From the NCBI RefSeq assembly GCF_000315625.1, contig NW_005434438.1:1-53890 (forward strand): DNA of 53,890 nt. The letters run 5' to 3'. Positions 12,879 through 25,124 of this stretch are shown piece by piece; within the stretch, counting starts at the first letter, position 1, and each line of letters begins with the position of its first letter. Source of the stretch: Guillardia theta CCMP2712. Its lineage: Eukaryota; Protista; Cryptophyta. The notes under the pieces are model-generated. The model searched no databases. It saw nothing but the letters and a program-made list of their open reading frames with translations, and had not been told where the DNA came from. A program made the translations under genes and the position numbers.

Positions 12879-15393
12879 TCACTTGTCCTTGAGCGCCTGT
12901 GCTCCCATTTTCGACCACTTGGGGTTCTGCTGCGATGCCGTCGGCTTGAGGTCCTCGGCTCTCGCTCTAGCTGAGTGTACCAGGGAACCCTCTTCCACCC
13001 CCTGCGCTCTGCCGTTGGCGTTTTGCAGACTCCGCAGCCACGTCCAGAGCTCTCCCGGGGTTGCTCGATGATGCAGGAGGTCGTGATAAGCTGTGAGGAT
13101 GGGAATGACTTGATGGGGAGGCTGAAGACAGTGAGAGAGGCAGGATGAGAAAAGAAAGAAGGTTAGAGCAGGGGGGAGGAGAAGAAGAAGACGAGAGAGA
13201 GAGGAAGCAGACGACGGAAGTGGAGGACAAGAGAGAGGAAGAGGAGGAAGTCAGTTTGATCAAGTCATGCCCAGCTCTCTCTCACCTCGTCGACCAACTC
13301 GATGCGAAAATTCCTGTAACCAGCTCTGATGAGGTCAGAAACGTAAAAGACTCCGGACTGAGCCTTAGCGTTGAAGACAGTATTCCTGCACCCCATGTCT
13401 GCCAGCACCAGATGCTCGTTCCCCTCCTGCTCTCCTCGTCAGGACCCGCACCCTCACGTGCTCTCCTTGCCTGGTCGCGGAGGTGGACGGAGTTGGTCTC
13501 GCAGGGATGCCCGCAGTCCTTGTAGCTGTTGCCGTCGCTCAGGAAGCGGCAGAACACGCAGTGCTCGGTGTGAAAGATCGGCAGGTGCTGGTGGATGATT
13601 GCCTCCAGCTGGTGCCCACCAGGCCCCAGAGAGTTTCCCAGCTCGCACAGCTGGAAGGCGTTCAGGTCGTGGGTGGGGGCTAGGCGGGCCAACCCCTCCT
13701 CCAGCAGGTGGAGAGCGCTTATCCTGTTTGCGGCATTCAAGCTGAAGTCACCGTGGAGCTCGGGGATTCTCAGCTCCTCCTTGTCAGAGAGAACCGCTCC
13801 AGCCCCTCCCAGGTCCGTCAGCTTCTGCAGCATCCCCGTGCTCCTCACGAGCAGAGCGTCCGCCCCGAGCCTGAGGTAAAACCTCCACATCCTCTCCTCT
13901 TCTGGTTTCAGCACCCTGTTGAAAGCTTAGATCTCCTCCACTTCCTTCTCCTCCTCCTCCTTCACAACAACTCCCTCCCCCGCATTCCTCCCCGTTCCTC
14001 CTCTTCCACCTGCTCCTCACCTGGGAGTCGCTACGATCACTCGCTTCCCTGAGCCTCTGACAGCCTCGACGGCTTGAACGAGCCCGTGGACTTCGAGAAA
14101 GTCCAGGATGATCTCCTCCAGCCACTCCACCTTCATCGCTTCCTCGCACTGCTCTCTGGTCCTGCACAGGATCGCGATCTTGGGCGCCCTTCCGTCCCTG
14201 CCTGCCTGCCTCTCGCCTTGTGCCAGGGAGGTGAAAGATGCGTCAACGATGTTGGATACGACTGCCTCCTCCGCCATCCCCTCTGCCGTCCTGTAGAAAT
14301 CTTGTCATCCTCACGAGGGGGGGGAGGAGCAGAGAGGTGGGAGAGAAGGGTGAAGATGAGGAGGGAGGGAGGGAGGGAGAGGAAGGAGGGAGAGCGAGGA
14401 GGAAAGACAGGAGGGAGGAAACGAGACAAGTCAGCTCACGTGTACATGAGCCTCTGCTCAAGCAGCTGCTCCACTGCCTCTCTGCGTGCTGCCTTGATCT
14501 CACTGGCAGGCACGAAAGTTCCTCCGGCCAGGGCAGAGACGTCAAGGTGGAGGAGGCGGAGACCTGTTCCTCCGAGCAACCCTATGGACTGCCGCGCATG
14601 CACCTCGTCAGAGTTCCTTTGCAGATGGCCAGAGGAGGAGGAGAAGGAGGAGCAGCAGGAGCAAGAGCAGGAGACAGCAACAACGAGATCAGAGGGAAGT
14701 TCAGCAGGAGATTAGAGAGGAAGACGGACCAGACACGAGGAGGGGGCAAGAGAGAGAAGGAGTATGAGGAGGAGAAGGGTGAACATTGAATGTTTCTTCT
14801 CACCTTGCGCAGACTTTCCTCATCCAGTCCCTTGCTTGTTGCCTCTTGCAGTACTGACATCGTCGTTCCTCTTCCCACTCTTCCCAGCTGGTCCTCAGCA
14901 ATAATCGTGAGCTGCTTTCCCAGCTCGCCTGAAACTTTGATGCTAACTCCTGCTGCGCTTTCCGACGCTCCTTCTGCTCCTCCTCCGTGTCCTCCCCTCT
15001 CTCCTCCACCTTTAACCAGCGCTTCGAGCTTCTTGTCCACTGCCGCGTCCCTTGTCTTCCACACCAGGTCTCCTCGTCCTACCCTCCTCAGTTCCAGTGC
15101 ATTCTTCCCGAACTTGACCAGGAAGGATCCAGAGGTGACCTCCTGCCCCAGCTGTAGCTCAGCAACCGCAAACTCCTTCCACTCGGCATCACCTCATTTG
15201 ATGTCCTAGCGACCGACCGTCCTCGAGAGTCAATCACCTGTTAACCATCAGCCCCCTTCCTTCCCCACCTTCCATCCTCCTCTCTCTCATCTCCTCTCCC
15301 TCCCTCCACCATCCTCTTTCCCACCTCCCCACCGCTCCACCTTCCTCTCCCTCCTTCCTCCTTCCTCATCCTCTTTCCTCCTTGATCTTCCTC

Positions 15394-15430
<37 letters not shown>

Positions 15431-17493
15431 CTCCCTCTTCCTTTTCCTCTGCCTCCTTCCTCTTCCTCCTTCCTCTTCTTCTTCCTCCTCCCTCCCTCCT
15501 CCTTCCCCTCACCTCATACACGGAGCCTCCTTCTTCCTTTTCTTCAGGTGCCCCTCTGTCGAACACGACACCGTCTCCTCGTTTGATGGGACCGCAGACT
15601 TTGATTCGCACGCCTCCATCCTCCACTCCCTCAACCTTTCCCACTAGAATCCCGCGATGTCGCGGATTTCTTCCCCTGACTAGTCGCTGATGGCGAGGTC
15701 CCTCCAGGAACCCAGGGGTCAGGCCGTTGTGATTCTCGTCCTTGTCAACTCCGTCAGTGGATTGTGTTTCCTGCTCCTCTCCTCTCCTTTCTTCCTTCTT
15801 CCCGCCTCTCGCCCCTTGCTTCATTGTCTCTCTTTCCCTCCCTCCTCATCCTCTTTCCCCTCTTCATCGGTTTCCCTTTCTCCTCCTCTCTCCCTTCCAC
15901 CTCATCTTCTCCATCCCTGCCTCTTCACCTGTGCTCGCGCGAACACTTGCTGTAGCTCCCTTCTGCTGAGCTCGCTGATCAAGCTTGTGTCCTTCTTGGA
16001 GGAAGAGGAGGAAGAGGAAAACAGTTCCCAGGCCTTGTCTACAGCCTCTCGGTAGACTTTGGTTGTGAGTGCCACGTACTATGAGAGCAGCTGAGGGAGG
16101 CAACAGGAGAGAAGAATTTGAGTTACCTCCGGGCTCTTGAGCCTGCCCTCGATCTTCAAGGAGGAGACTCCAGCTGAGATCAGCTGGGGAACCAGCTCGA
16201 CAGCCATCAGGTCTTGCGGGCTGAGCAGATACTTAACGTCTTCCATTGGCTTCCTCTTCCCGTTTACAAGCAGCTCGTAAGGGAGGCGGCAAGCCTGAAG
16301 CAAGAGCTATCAGAGGCGTCGGCAGACGACAAGCTCCCTCTCACCTGTGCGCACTGTCCTCTATTGGCTGAGCGACCTCCCCATGCTTCGGAGGAGAAGC
16401 ACTGGAAGCAGGGTCAGAGAGAATTCTTCTCGCAGGGTCCAACTCCACTTCCTCCGCCTCCTCCTCCTCACGCTCGTGATCTACCTGTCCTGAGTAGCTC
16501 ACGCACAGAGCTCCATGCACAAAGATCTCGATGCCCTCCATAAGTTCTTCCCCGATCTCCTTCTGGATTGACGCAATCTCTGTGACAGACAACTCCCTGC
16601 AGTAAACTTAGAGGATCAAACTGCGCCATCCTCTCCCCTCACCTGCCCAGCACGACTCTGCTGACTCCCTGCCGACGCGCAAACTTGACACCCTCAGCTG
16701 AGGTGATACTCATCTGCGTGCTGCCATGGATGTTGAGGTTGGGGGAGATGCTCTTGATCATCTTCACCGCCCCTATGTCCTGCACGATCACCGCATCGAC
16801 GCCATGGCGGGCGATGGAGCGGACCATGTCCTCGAACTCGTCGAGCTCGGAGTCGAAGAGGAGGACGTTGACAGTGACGTATCCCTTCACCCCGTGCCTG
16901 TGCAAGTACTCCATTACTGCTGGCAGGTCTCGCTCAGGGTGAAAGTTAGACGCTCTTGCTCGTGCATTGAACTTGGAAAGCCCAAAATAGACCGCGTCTG
17001 CCCCGTTCTCAACCGCCGCCTTGAGCTGGGGCCATCCTCCAGCAGGGGCGAGGACCTCCGGCTTCTGGAAGTTCCCCTTCATCCCCATGCTCGGCTGCTC
17101 TGCTATCGCTACTGAGATCGAGGATGCTTCCAACGTTGCGCCTGCTCCATCCCTGTCCTTCCGGTAAAGCTCAGGGAACTTTCGTTGATCTGCCGAGTCA
17201 GCATTTCCTTCCTTACGACATTTCAAACTCTGGAGGATCGACCAAGACGACCTCCTCCTTGCTCTCCCGTCGCCATGCGCAGCCCTCTTGCTGTACCATG
17301 CACCAGCGTCCCAGTCTTTGCGGCTCGTGATGGGGCTCCTTCCGAGACCGAGGGGAAGCGCGGAATGCGAGGAGAGAGCAGAAGGGCTGAGAGGAGCAAG
17401 AGATACGAGGTAGGAGGATACAGCAGGAAGGAGGAGGAGGAGGATAGCTGTCGCTTGTTCGGCTCCAGTCGCCATGCCCTTCCCTGCAAGCAT
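12879..17493 (-). CDS. Peptidase U32 family protein, long RlhA/DUF3656 type, with a bipartite (probably plastid) leader; multi-exon
   Basis: Motifs PEVLAPAG, GADAVYFG, NARARA, HGSTQM, EIFVHGALCVSYSGQC, GGRSANRGQCAQACRLPY, SLKIEGRLKSPEYV and a C-terminal FHTEHCVFC...CGHPCE...DMGCRNTVFN. Leader ILLLLLPAVSS-YLV followed by a Ser-rich segment. Confidence 0.92.
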
Positions 17494-17939
17494 TGAGGGT
17501 AAACGGGGGGCCACGACCCAACGCTGAAAAAAACAATACTAAAAAAACCGAGGAAAGAAAAATTAAAAAAAAGGTTTCAAGCACATAGCTGGTCCGCCTC
17601 AGTAGCCCACAGCCGTTGAAATGGCACAAGGGCTGCGCTAGAATGGCGGTGCCGCTGCCGCTGCTGCTTCCGGCTCCTTGTTGTGCGTGCCAGCCTCCAG
17701 CCTCACCCTCTTGCTTCCTGGGCTAGTGATCCTTCCTTATATCCTTGCTTCTTCTCCTGCTGCTCCTTCTCTCTCTCTCTCTCTCCTCTCTGCCATTCCG
17801 CCCCTCTCCTTGTCCTCCTCCTGCTCCTTCTAGCCGCTGTCTGTGGGATCGATCCATCTTGACACGGGATCTCTGCATGACGCAAACGTGATCTCGAGGA
17901 GGAGGAAGGACAACAACAAGTCTTCACAGCAACGTGGAC

Positions 17940-20900
17940 ATGGCCGAGCTACCGCTCAACATCAATGCGTGCCTAGGTTACTCCGGCAGCCCCCTGGTGT
18001 ATGGGGGAGACGGGAAGTATCTCTCCATCAACGGCAACATAGTCAGCAGCTTTCACGTGGACCTGACGAGGGGCGAAGCCTCCCGGCATTTCCCTTGCAA
18101 GGGGTTCGGGCCTGACATGCTCATTGCGCACCCCAGCTTCCACTTCTACGCGTACTCTGAGCGGGGGGAGCGAGCGGCAGTGCATGTGTGCTCCATGGAG
18201 GACGGGAAGGAGGCTGTGCACATGCCCAACGTGGGATCGATCGGACTGGACTGCATGTCCTTCTCGCAGGACGGCGAGTCCATGGCTACCATATCGTCCA
18301 TCCCTGATCACACGGTCTCAATCTGGAACTGGGGCGAGGATGGAGTGGACTTGCAGGTGACTGGGGTCTCCCCGCAAGAGTTCTCCTCCTGCCACTTCAA
18401 CCCCAAGAACTCGGACCAGCTGGCGCTGCTGGGCAATGGCCAGCTCTTCCTCTGCAACGTGGTCAACAGTGAGCAGGGGGCTCTAGAACTCGAGTTCCTC
18501 CGCTTCGACCCTCCCAACCCGGACGTGGAGTTTGCGGCCTTCACCTGGGATGCTTCAGGAAGATTGTTCAGCACGACTTCAGAGGGTAGCCTCTGGCAGC
18601 TGGACGTCTCCCTGTACACGTTGTCAGGCGAGCCATGCTTCTTCACGGACAACCCTTGGTCCTCGTCCTCCCTGCTATCCTTCGATCGCTCCCTTGTCGT
18701 CTGCACCGGGGACGCGCGCGTTCTCTGGTTCGACGCTGACTCGCTGAGCAAGTTGTATGAGGTGAGGATACCTCTGTCCTCCAGCCACTCGCTGGTGTCT
18801 GCCTGCATGTGCTCAGACTCGCAACGAGGAGACATCGTCCTCTCCTCGTCTGACGGAAGCGTCTTCCTCCTTGAGATGCTTTCTGACCTCCCGCAGACGT
18901 TTGAGATGTCAGAGGCCGAGGTCAAGGACGCAGACGTTGTCTTCGGGGAGATGCAGCGGGACAAGCTCCACTCGCTCAAGAGGATCATGCTCTCACACGT
19001 GGGCCGCGTCGTCGGCCTCTCATTCTCCCCTCTCCTCAGCCACTCTCTTGTCAGCGCGGGAGAGGACGGGAAGCTTATCTTCTGGGACTGCAGGAAGAAG
19101 TGTGCTTCTGCCGTGCAAGATGTCGGGCGTCCTCTGTCCTGCGTCGAGCATCATCCTAGTTACTCTCTCCTCGCGATCGGCGATGAGGGGGGGAGCGTGC
19201 AGCTGCTGGACGTCTCGGCCTTCCCCAAGATGAAGAGCAGGGCTGTCTTCAAGTTGTTTCACAGCAAGGTTGTGAGCCTTCGGTTCTCAGATAAGGGAAA
19301 GAGCTTGGCGGTGATGGCCGAAGGCTCTTCGCACGTTTACCTCCTCAAGGTTGAGGAGAGCTCAGCGGAGGTGCGAGGGTACGTCGAGACGGGCGCGGCA
19401 TCGTCGGCGAGAGGGAATCTACTGTGGGTGAGGGAGGAGCAGCTGATAGTAGCGGCCGAGCTCGACCACCTCCTGAGGATCGAGAACTTCTCGGAGAGGA
19501 GCGAGGAGGAACTGCAGCTAGCCGCAGACTTGTCGACTATCAGGACGGAGATCGCTTGCGGTCAGGTCGCCCGGGTCGGGGGCAAGTTTGCGGCATCGAG
19601 CTCGCGCAGCAAGAAGGTCCTCCTCTTCGAGCTGGAGGGTAGCTGGGGATCAGCGGGGGCAGAGGAGGTCTCGTCCCTGCCTCCTGCCCAGCCCTCGCTC
19701 ACCTTCGGAGCTCACGACAAGGTCGTGCTGCACATAGCGGGAGGGGGGGACGCCGGCCTGTTGGCTTCGGGAGGAGAAGGAGGAAAGATCGTGCTACGGT
19801 CAGGAGACGATCTGCTGACGGTGCATGCCCTGCGAGCCTTCAGCGCCTGGCAGGGAGGATGCTCCTCTATGTGCCTCTCATCTCCTGCCGGCTTGCTGGC
19901 CTGCGCCAGCTGCAACGGGACGGTGCTGCTGCTAGCAAGCAGCTTGTTGCTAGAGGAGGACGCGTCGGGCCCTCCAACTCGGTTCACGATGGGGAAGAAG
20001 CTGTACGATCTGCTCGGAGAGGAGGTGGAGGCTGGGGAGGTAAGGACGTTTGAGGAGGTGCGGCTCTTGTCAATCCAGGAGATGAACAACGCGCTCAACG
20101 CGGTGAAGAAGAACGAGATGCGAGACAGGATCCGCCAAATTAAGGCCCAGCTGGACTTCCTTCTGGAGAAGAACTCAGGAGCTCCAGAGCTGGAGAGGAT
20201 CGCGAGGGAGGAGATCGTCATCGATGCCGAGCTGAGAAAGAGGATCATCGCGGACGGGGACGCGCGAGTGGAGGACACCAAGAGGAGCATCTCGGAGGAG
20301 AACGTGAGCAAGGAAGAGGAGAGGAGGAGGATCAAGGAAGTGGCCTGGGACAGCATGGAGACTCACGGGATGAAGATCCATGCCTTCACCACTGACGTCT
20401 CTGTGCCCAACTACCCGATCCTCAAGGTGGAGGAGGAGAGAAAGAGGCGTATCGATCGCATCCGGACCATGCGGGAGATCGAGCTGAAGACTCTCGCGCG
20501 TCAGCAGCAGGAGTTTGGCGCCTCTAAGAGCTTCGTGCAGTTCGATAGCTACAGCTTGAGCTTCGATCTCAAGAGCAGGGAAGGAGGAGACAAGACAGGA
20601 GATAAGACAGGAGACAAGCCGTCCGACCCCGAGAGCCTCAAGAGCTCTGCCGTGCTTGACAACACTGACGAGTCATGGAGGGCCCAGCAGGATGACCCGC
20701 TGATCTATCACCGTCTCAACGTCACTACACGAGAGAGAAAGACAGCACAGATCTACATGCTCGAGAGTTTCATCACATCTGTCAAGGTCACCCAGTCTTG
20801 CTCTTTCCTCTCTTCCTCCTCATCCTCATCCTCATCCTCATCCTCATCCTCATCCTCATCCTCATCCTCATCCTTCCCCTTCCCTGTTCCTGTACCCATT

Positions 20901-23336
20901 TGCCCTTAACCCCTTTGTCCCATCCTGACCGCCGCGAGCAGACCAAGTTCAACGCGCTCTTCGATGAATTCCTCAAGAAGAAATCCGCGACGCTGGGGAG
21001 GATGGAGGAGAAGCAAACTCGCATCCTGGAGATCCTCAAGGAGCTTAAGCAACCTGACGCCAAGGAGGCGCTGGGCCTCCATGACGAGGAGCAGCCGAAC
21101 AAGGTCTTTTGCTTCCTTCCGTGCTCCTGCTCTTGCCCTGACCCTCCCCTTCTACCCGCTCGCCTCCTCTTGTCCCTCTCACCTCGCCTCCCCATCTCGT
21201 CCCGTTTCCTTGCCTTATCCTCTTCATGCCTCACCTCGTCGCCTCCTCCTCCTTCCCTCCCTCGTTTCCTGCTGCTCACTTGCACCAGCTGCTCGAGGTT
21301 TCCGACCGCGAGATCTCAGCGCCCAAGTGGGTCTCTCCTGCTGAGCAGAAGGCGAAAGAGGAGGAAGCGAGGAAGCAGCGGGAGGCCTCGGCAGGAGATG
21401 CTAATGTGGAGAGAGCGCTGAACATGATGATGGGAGGGACGCTAGCTGGGGTCAACGCGATCAGCAAGCTGGAGCAAGTGATGACGAAGCCTGCGAACCT
21501 CGAGGTTGGGGAGAACGAGGAGCTGACGGAGGAGCAGCAGCAGAAGCTCAAGGAGTGGGAAGCGCAGTACAAGGTGTTGTCCTTCTCTTGCTTTCCCTGT
21601 CGTTGCTCACGGGCTCTTGGCAGGCCTTCCTTGCAGAGCAAGACGCGTACGCCAAGTCACTGGAGGGGGAGGCGAAGAAGCTCCGGTCGGAGATAGTGGA
21701 GGAGAGCAAGAAGTTCGACGACCAGCTGCAGGAGCTGACGGATGTGAAGATGAGGACCGAGTACAAGCTGATCGAGCTCGAGCTCTACAAGGTCAAGCTC
21801 ATCCAGGCCATCGCGCAAGAGGAGGACGACATTCTTGCCCGGCAGTCGCTCGTTCTGGGGCTCGAGGAGCTCAAGTACCGGCATGAGCTGGCAGAGAAAG
21901 CTGTCGGGGAGTATCTGGAGGAAGTGCAGACCTTCGAGCTCAGAGTTGATGCGGTGCGGCAAGAGGGAGCCAACCTCGAGAAGGGCTTGAGAAAGGAGCT
22001 GCAGGAGCACGCGGCGGACAAGGAGACGATCGATCAGGCGATGAAAGCGTTCAAGAAGCGAGGGAAGCTGGATGATATCCTTCAGGGCTTCTCAGCTGAC
22101 CTCATCCAACGCCTCGACAACCTCGTGGCCGAGGCTCGATCTCAGGATGAGGTGGTGCAGGAGCACGTGACGCAGCTGGAGAATATGCAGAGTGAGCTGA
22201 AGCGGCTGGAATGGGCAAAGACGCAGATCGAGGAGAGCATCGCGGCAGCGGAAGAGGAGATGAAGAAGCTGCTGCAGCGGATGGCGCAAGCGGAGTACGA
22301 CCTGGACCTGACGGTGGGGATGAAGCAGGGGCAGGTTGAGGTAGAGCAGTCGACGTTCATAACCGACTACTCGGACGCGGAGCTGGTGGAGCGATCGGTG
22401 ATGTCAATGCTGAACGAGGCGATCAAGTCAAGAGGAGGCGACAAGATCGCCGTGCTCAACGAGATCAAAGAGTTCCGCAAGGGCATCCACCTGCTGCAGT
22501 GGGATAACCAGCGCCTGGAGCTGCAGGAAGAGGACTGCTTGCAGAAGACCAAAGACCTCCAGGTACACTCCAGCTCCTCACCAGCCTCAGCTGACCCCCA
22601 GCTGATGTTTTACAGCTGCTGCGAGTCACCAAGAGCCTTCAGCGATTCATCAAAGGGTCCTCGGGCGAGAGTCAGACCGCCAAGGAAACTTCCGGGTGAG
22701 AGGCCCCGCGTCTGCCTCGGCCCTGCGTCTGACTCGAGCTGGGGGCAGGCTGGAGAAGATGATTGCGTACCAATCTCAGATCCACCAGCAGAGGATCGAG
22801 GAGCGCAGCAAGGTGAGCAGGCGAACCTGTTGACCCCCCGCCCTGATGGCGATGTCTCAGGCGGTAGAGGCGCTTGATGCACAGCGTGGTACTACAGAGC
22901 AAGAAAACGCCGAGCTGGACGAGGTCGGGAGCTGCAGCTGCTGGAAGCTCCTAACCCTCATGCTTGCAGGACATCTTTGCACTCGAGAGCTCCGTTGTGG
23001 AGCGACAGCGACTGTGCGAGCTACAGGTAAAGCACAGCGATTCAGGGTTGAGCTGACCTCCAGCAGGGATCGTCAGCTGTGGGCGGGGGGGCAGCGAAAG
23101 CCAATCAGAAATCAGCACTGAAGATGAATCTCATGGTCACCCACCGAAGGCTTCTCGACCTCGCTAAGGTGTGATGGTCTAGCCCAGCTGGAGTCAAACT
23201 CTTGACCGCTTGGCAGGCGCAAACACGAGAGATTGAGCTGATGAGGGAGGAGCTCGTCCGGCTTCGAGCTCGAACCTTCCCATCGTTCGCGCAGCTCGCT
23301 GACAACGGACGGACCATGACGGGAACCTTCGGATAA
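17940..23336 (+). CDS. CFAP43: Cilia- and flagella-associated protein 43 (WD40 + coiled coil); multi-exon
   Basis: Long WD40 exon, coiled-coil region with MKQGQVEV, and C-terminus ELVRLRARTFPSFAQL resembling the CFAP43/WDR96 end (RLRMKTFP). Confidence 0.85.
20811..20875. repeat. (TCCTCA)n microsatellite in a CFAP43 intron
   Basis: Directly visible. Confidence 0.9.
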
Positions 23337-23625
23337 AGTGATGCAAGCTTTTGTTATTACATGATCTGTGGATACTCAACAGACCTCTTCAGCTGCCATG
23401 TCAGCTGCATACCTGAGAGGACACAAACCTTTCACTTACACTCCCACTTACAACTGTTATCACATGTTCGGTCACGCACCAACGGCTGGCTGGCTGTCAC
23501 GTGTCAGATGCTCAGTCCGCACTTCTGTCAACTTAGTTCTGTTTCTTTTTAAAGTTGACCAGGGTCCATGACAAATAAGTAGTAAATAGATAGAGGTTTC
23601 GAGGGGGTGAGGCCGCGCAAGAACC

Positions 23626-24192
23626 ATGCAAGAGAGCAACGAGCAGGCAGGGGAGGAAGCAGGGTGGGAGACAGGGGAGTATGCCTTCTCCTCCTACTTG
23701 TGCTCTCCGTACTTCTCTCTTCCGCTCCCATCTTGTGTGGCCGGACATGAGCATGAGCTTACCAAACTCGATGCAGCATTGGACCAGACTAGTGCGACCT
23801 CAGCTAGTTATGAGGAAGACGGCGCTCCTGCAGCGCGCCAAGGCCAAGCTAAGCAGCAATGGGGCCTAGAGAAACGACAAAAGCATAGCAGGCTATGCAT
23901 GGGGGTGAAGAGGCTGGGAATCGAGGAGAAGCTGAGCATCGTCCTCCTCTACTACAACGCAGAAGTGTGGGAACAGAGGAGAGTTGTGTATCAAGCCGAC
24001 ATTGCTCAGATGTTTGGCAAAAGCAGATCTTCTATAAGCAAAGTCCTCCATCCAGAAAATGCGCGAAGACTGGTAGAGACTTGCATGGCAGGAGCCTCGA
24101 AAGACGCGGTCCTCGCGAACATTGAAGATGAAAACAAACGAAGAAAGGGGCGCCAGGGTAGCACAGAAAAAGATAAACGTGGATCATCGTAA
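23626..24192 (+). CDS. Small helix-turn-helix DNA-binding protein (CENP-B N-terminal/psq-like)
   Basis: KRLGIEEKLSIV...QADIAQMFGKSRSSISKVL HTH pattern and a basic C-terminal tail; single 188-aa ORF. Confidence 0.65.
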   Translation: MQESNEQAGEEAGWETGEYAFSSYLCSPYFSLPLPSCVAGHEHELTKLDAALDQTSATSASYEEDGAPAARQGQAKQQWGLEKRQKHSRLCMGVKRLGIEEKLSIVLLYYNAEVWEQRRVVYQADIAQMFGKSRSSISKVLHPENARRLVETCMAGASKDAVLANIEDENKRRKGRQGSTEKDKRGSS

Positions 24193-25124
24193 GGAAAAGC
24201 TCGAATTTGATCATCCGAATATACACATCATTTTTGAAACAATCACAAGGTTTGAAGCTGTGAAATGTTCTTGATCCGTGGGACTTATTCATTGATAATT
24301 GCAATCCTTGGTCAAGGTAGAAAGATTAGACTCCACAAGCTAACGACACAAGCAACATATATACTAAACACCAAAATTCGAGCTCAGTCAAGCTCACTCT
24401 GCATTGTACAAGTCGACTGGCATAACAAGAGACTCGCTCGATCATCGGATGGCATATCGTGCTATAAACCAATTCTCTTGCACGGATTTCCACGGCCTAC
24501 ACCTTGAATGGAATGTCTCAACCAAGATAAAAGTTGGCTGTACGAAATAGCTTGACTCCATCTCTTCTTCCTACCTTATCCACACATGTTTTCACCTATT
24601 CGCTTTTTCCTTGCCTCTCACTCTCCCCGCTCCTTCCGTGGCAGCTCACCGAGTCGTCCCGGAGTCCTCTCCCATGAGGCTGAGTCGATTCTCTTCCCGC
24701 CTCCGTCTGTTAGCATGCAGCATGCAACCGTTGCCTGGCAGGAGCCTCAAACTTTCACTTCAAGTACTACGGTAGTCTCCGAGTCCGCCTGATCCCCGTC
24801 CTGTAGCCAAGTTTTCAGGCTCCAGAGCTCTTGCACTGAGGGGGGCTCGGATAGGATGCGACCAGTGGATGAGACATTTTTCAGTCAGTGTGCAAGGGAG
24901 GGAGGAGAGGAGGAGCGGAAGGGAGGAGGGTGTGGAGTACAAGGAGAGAAACCAAGGACAGAGGAAAGCAGAGCAGCAGGTTCTTCGAGAAAAGCTTAGG
25001 GTATGGTAGATAGACCTTTCATTTTGAATGCGAGCAGAGAGGCAGAATGCGGGGCTCGAAGAGGTCAACACATGAGGGTGTCAAGATGAATTGTCGTCAT
25101 TCGCAGAGGATGAGCATCAAGACC

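Noticed and set aside
13040-13070. Suspected frameshift in the last U32 exon
   Set aside because: On recount the frame is continuous (HRATPGELWTWL).
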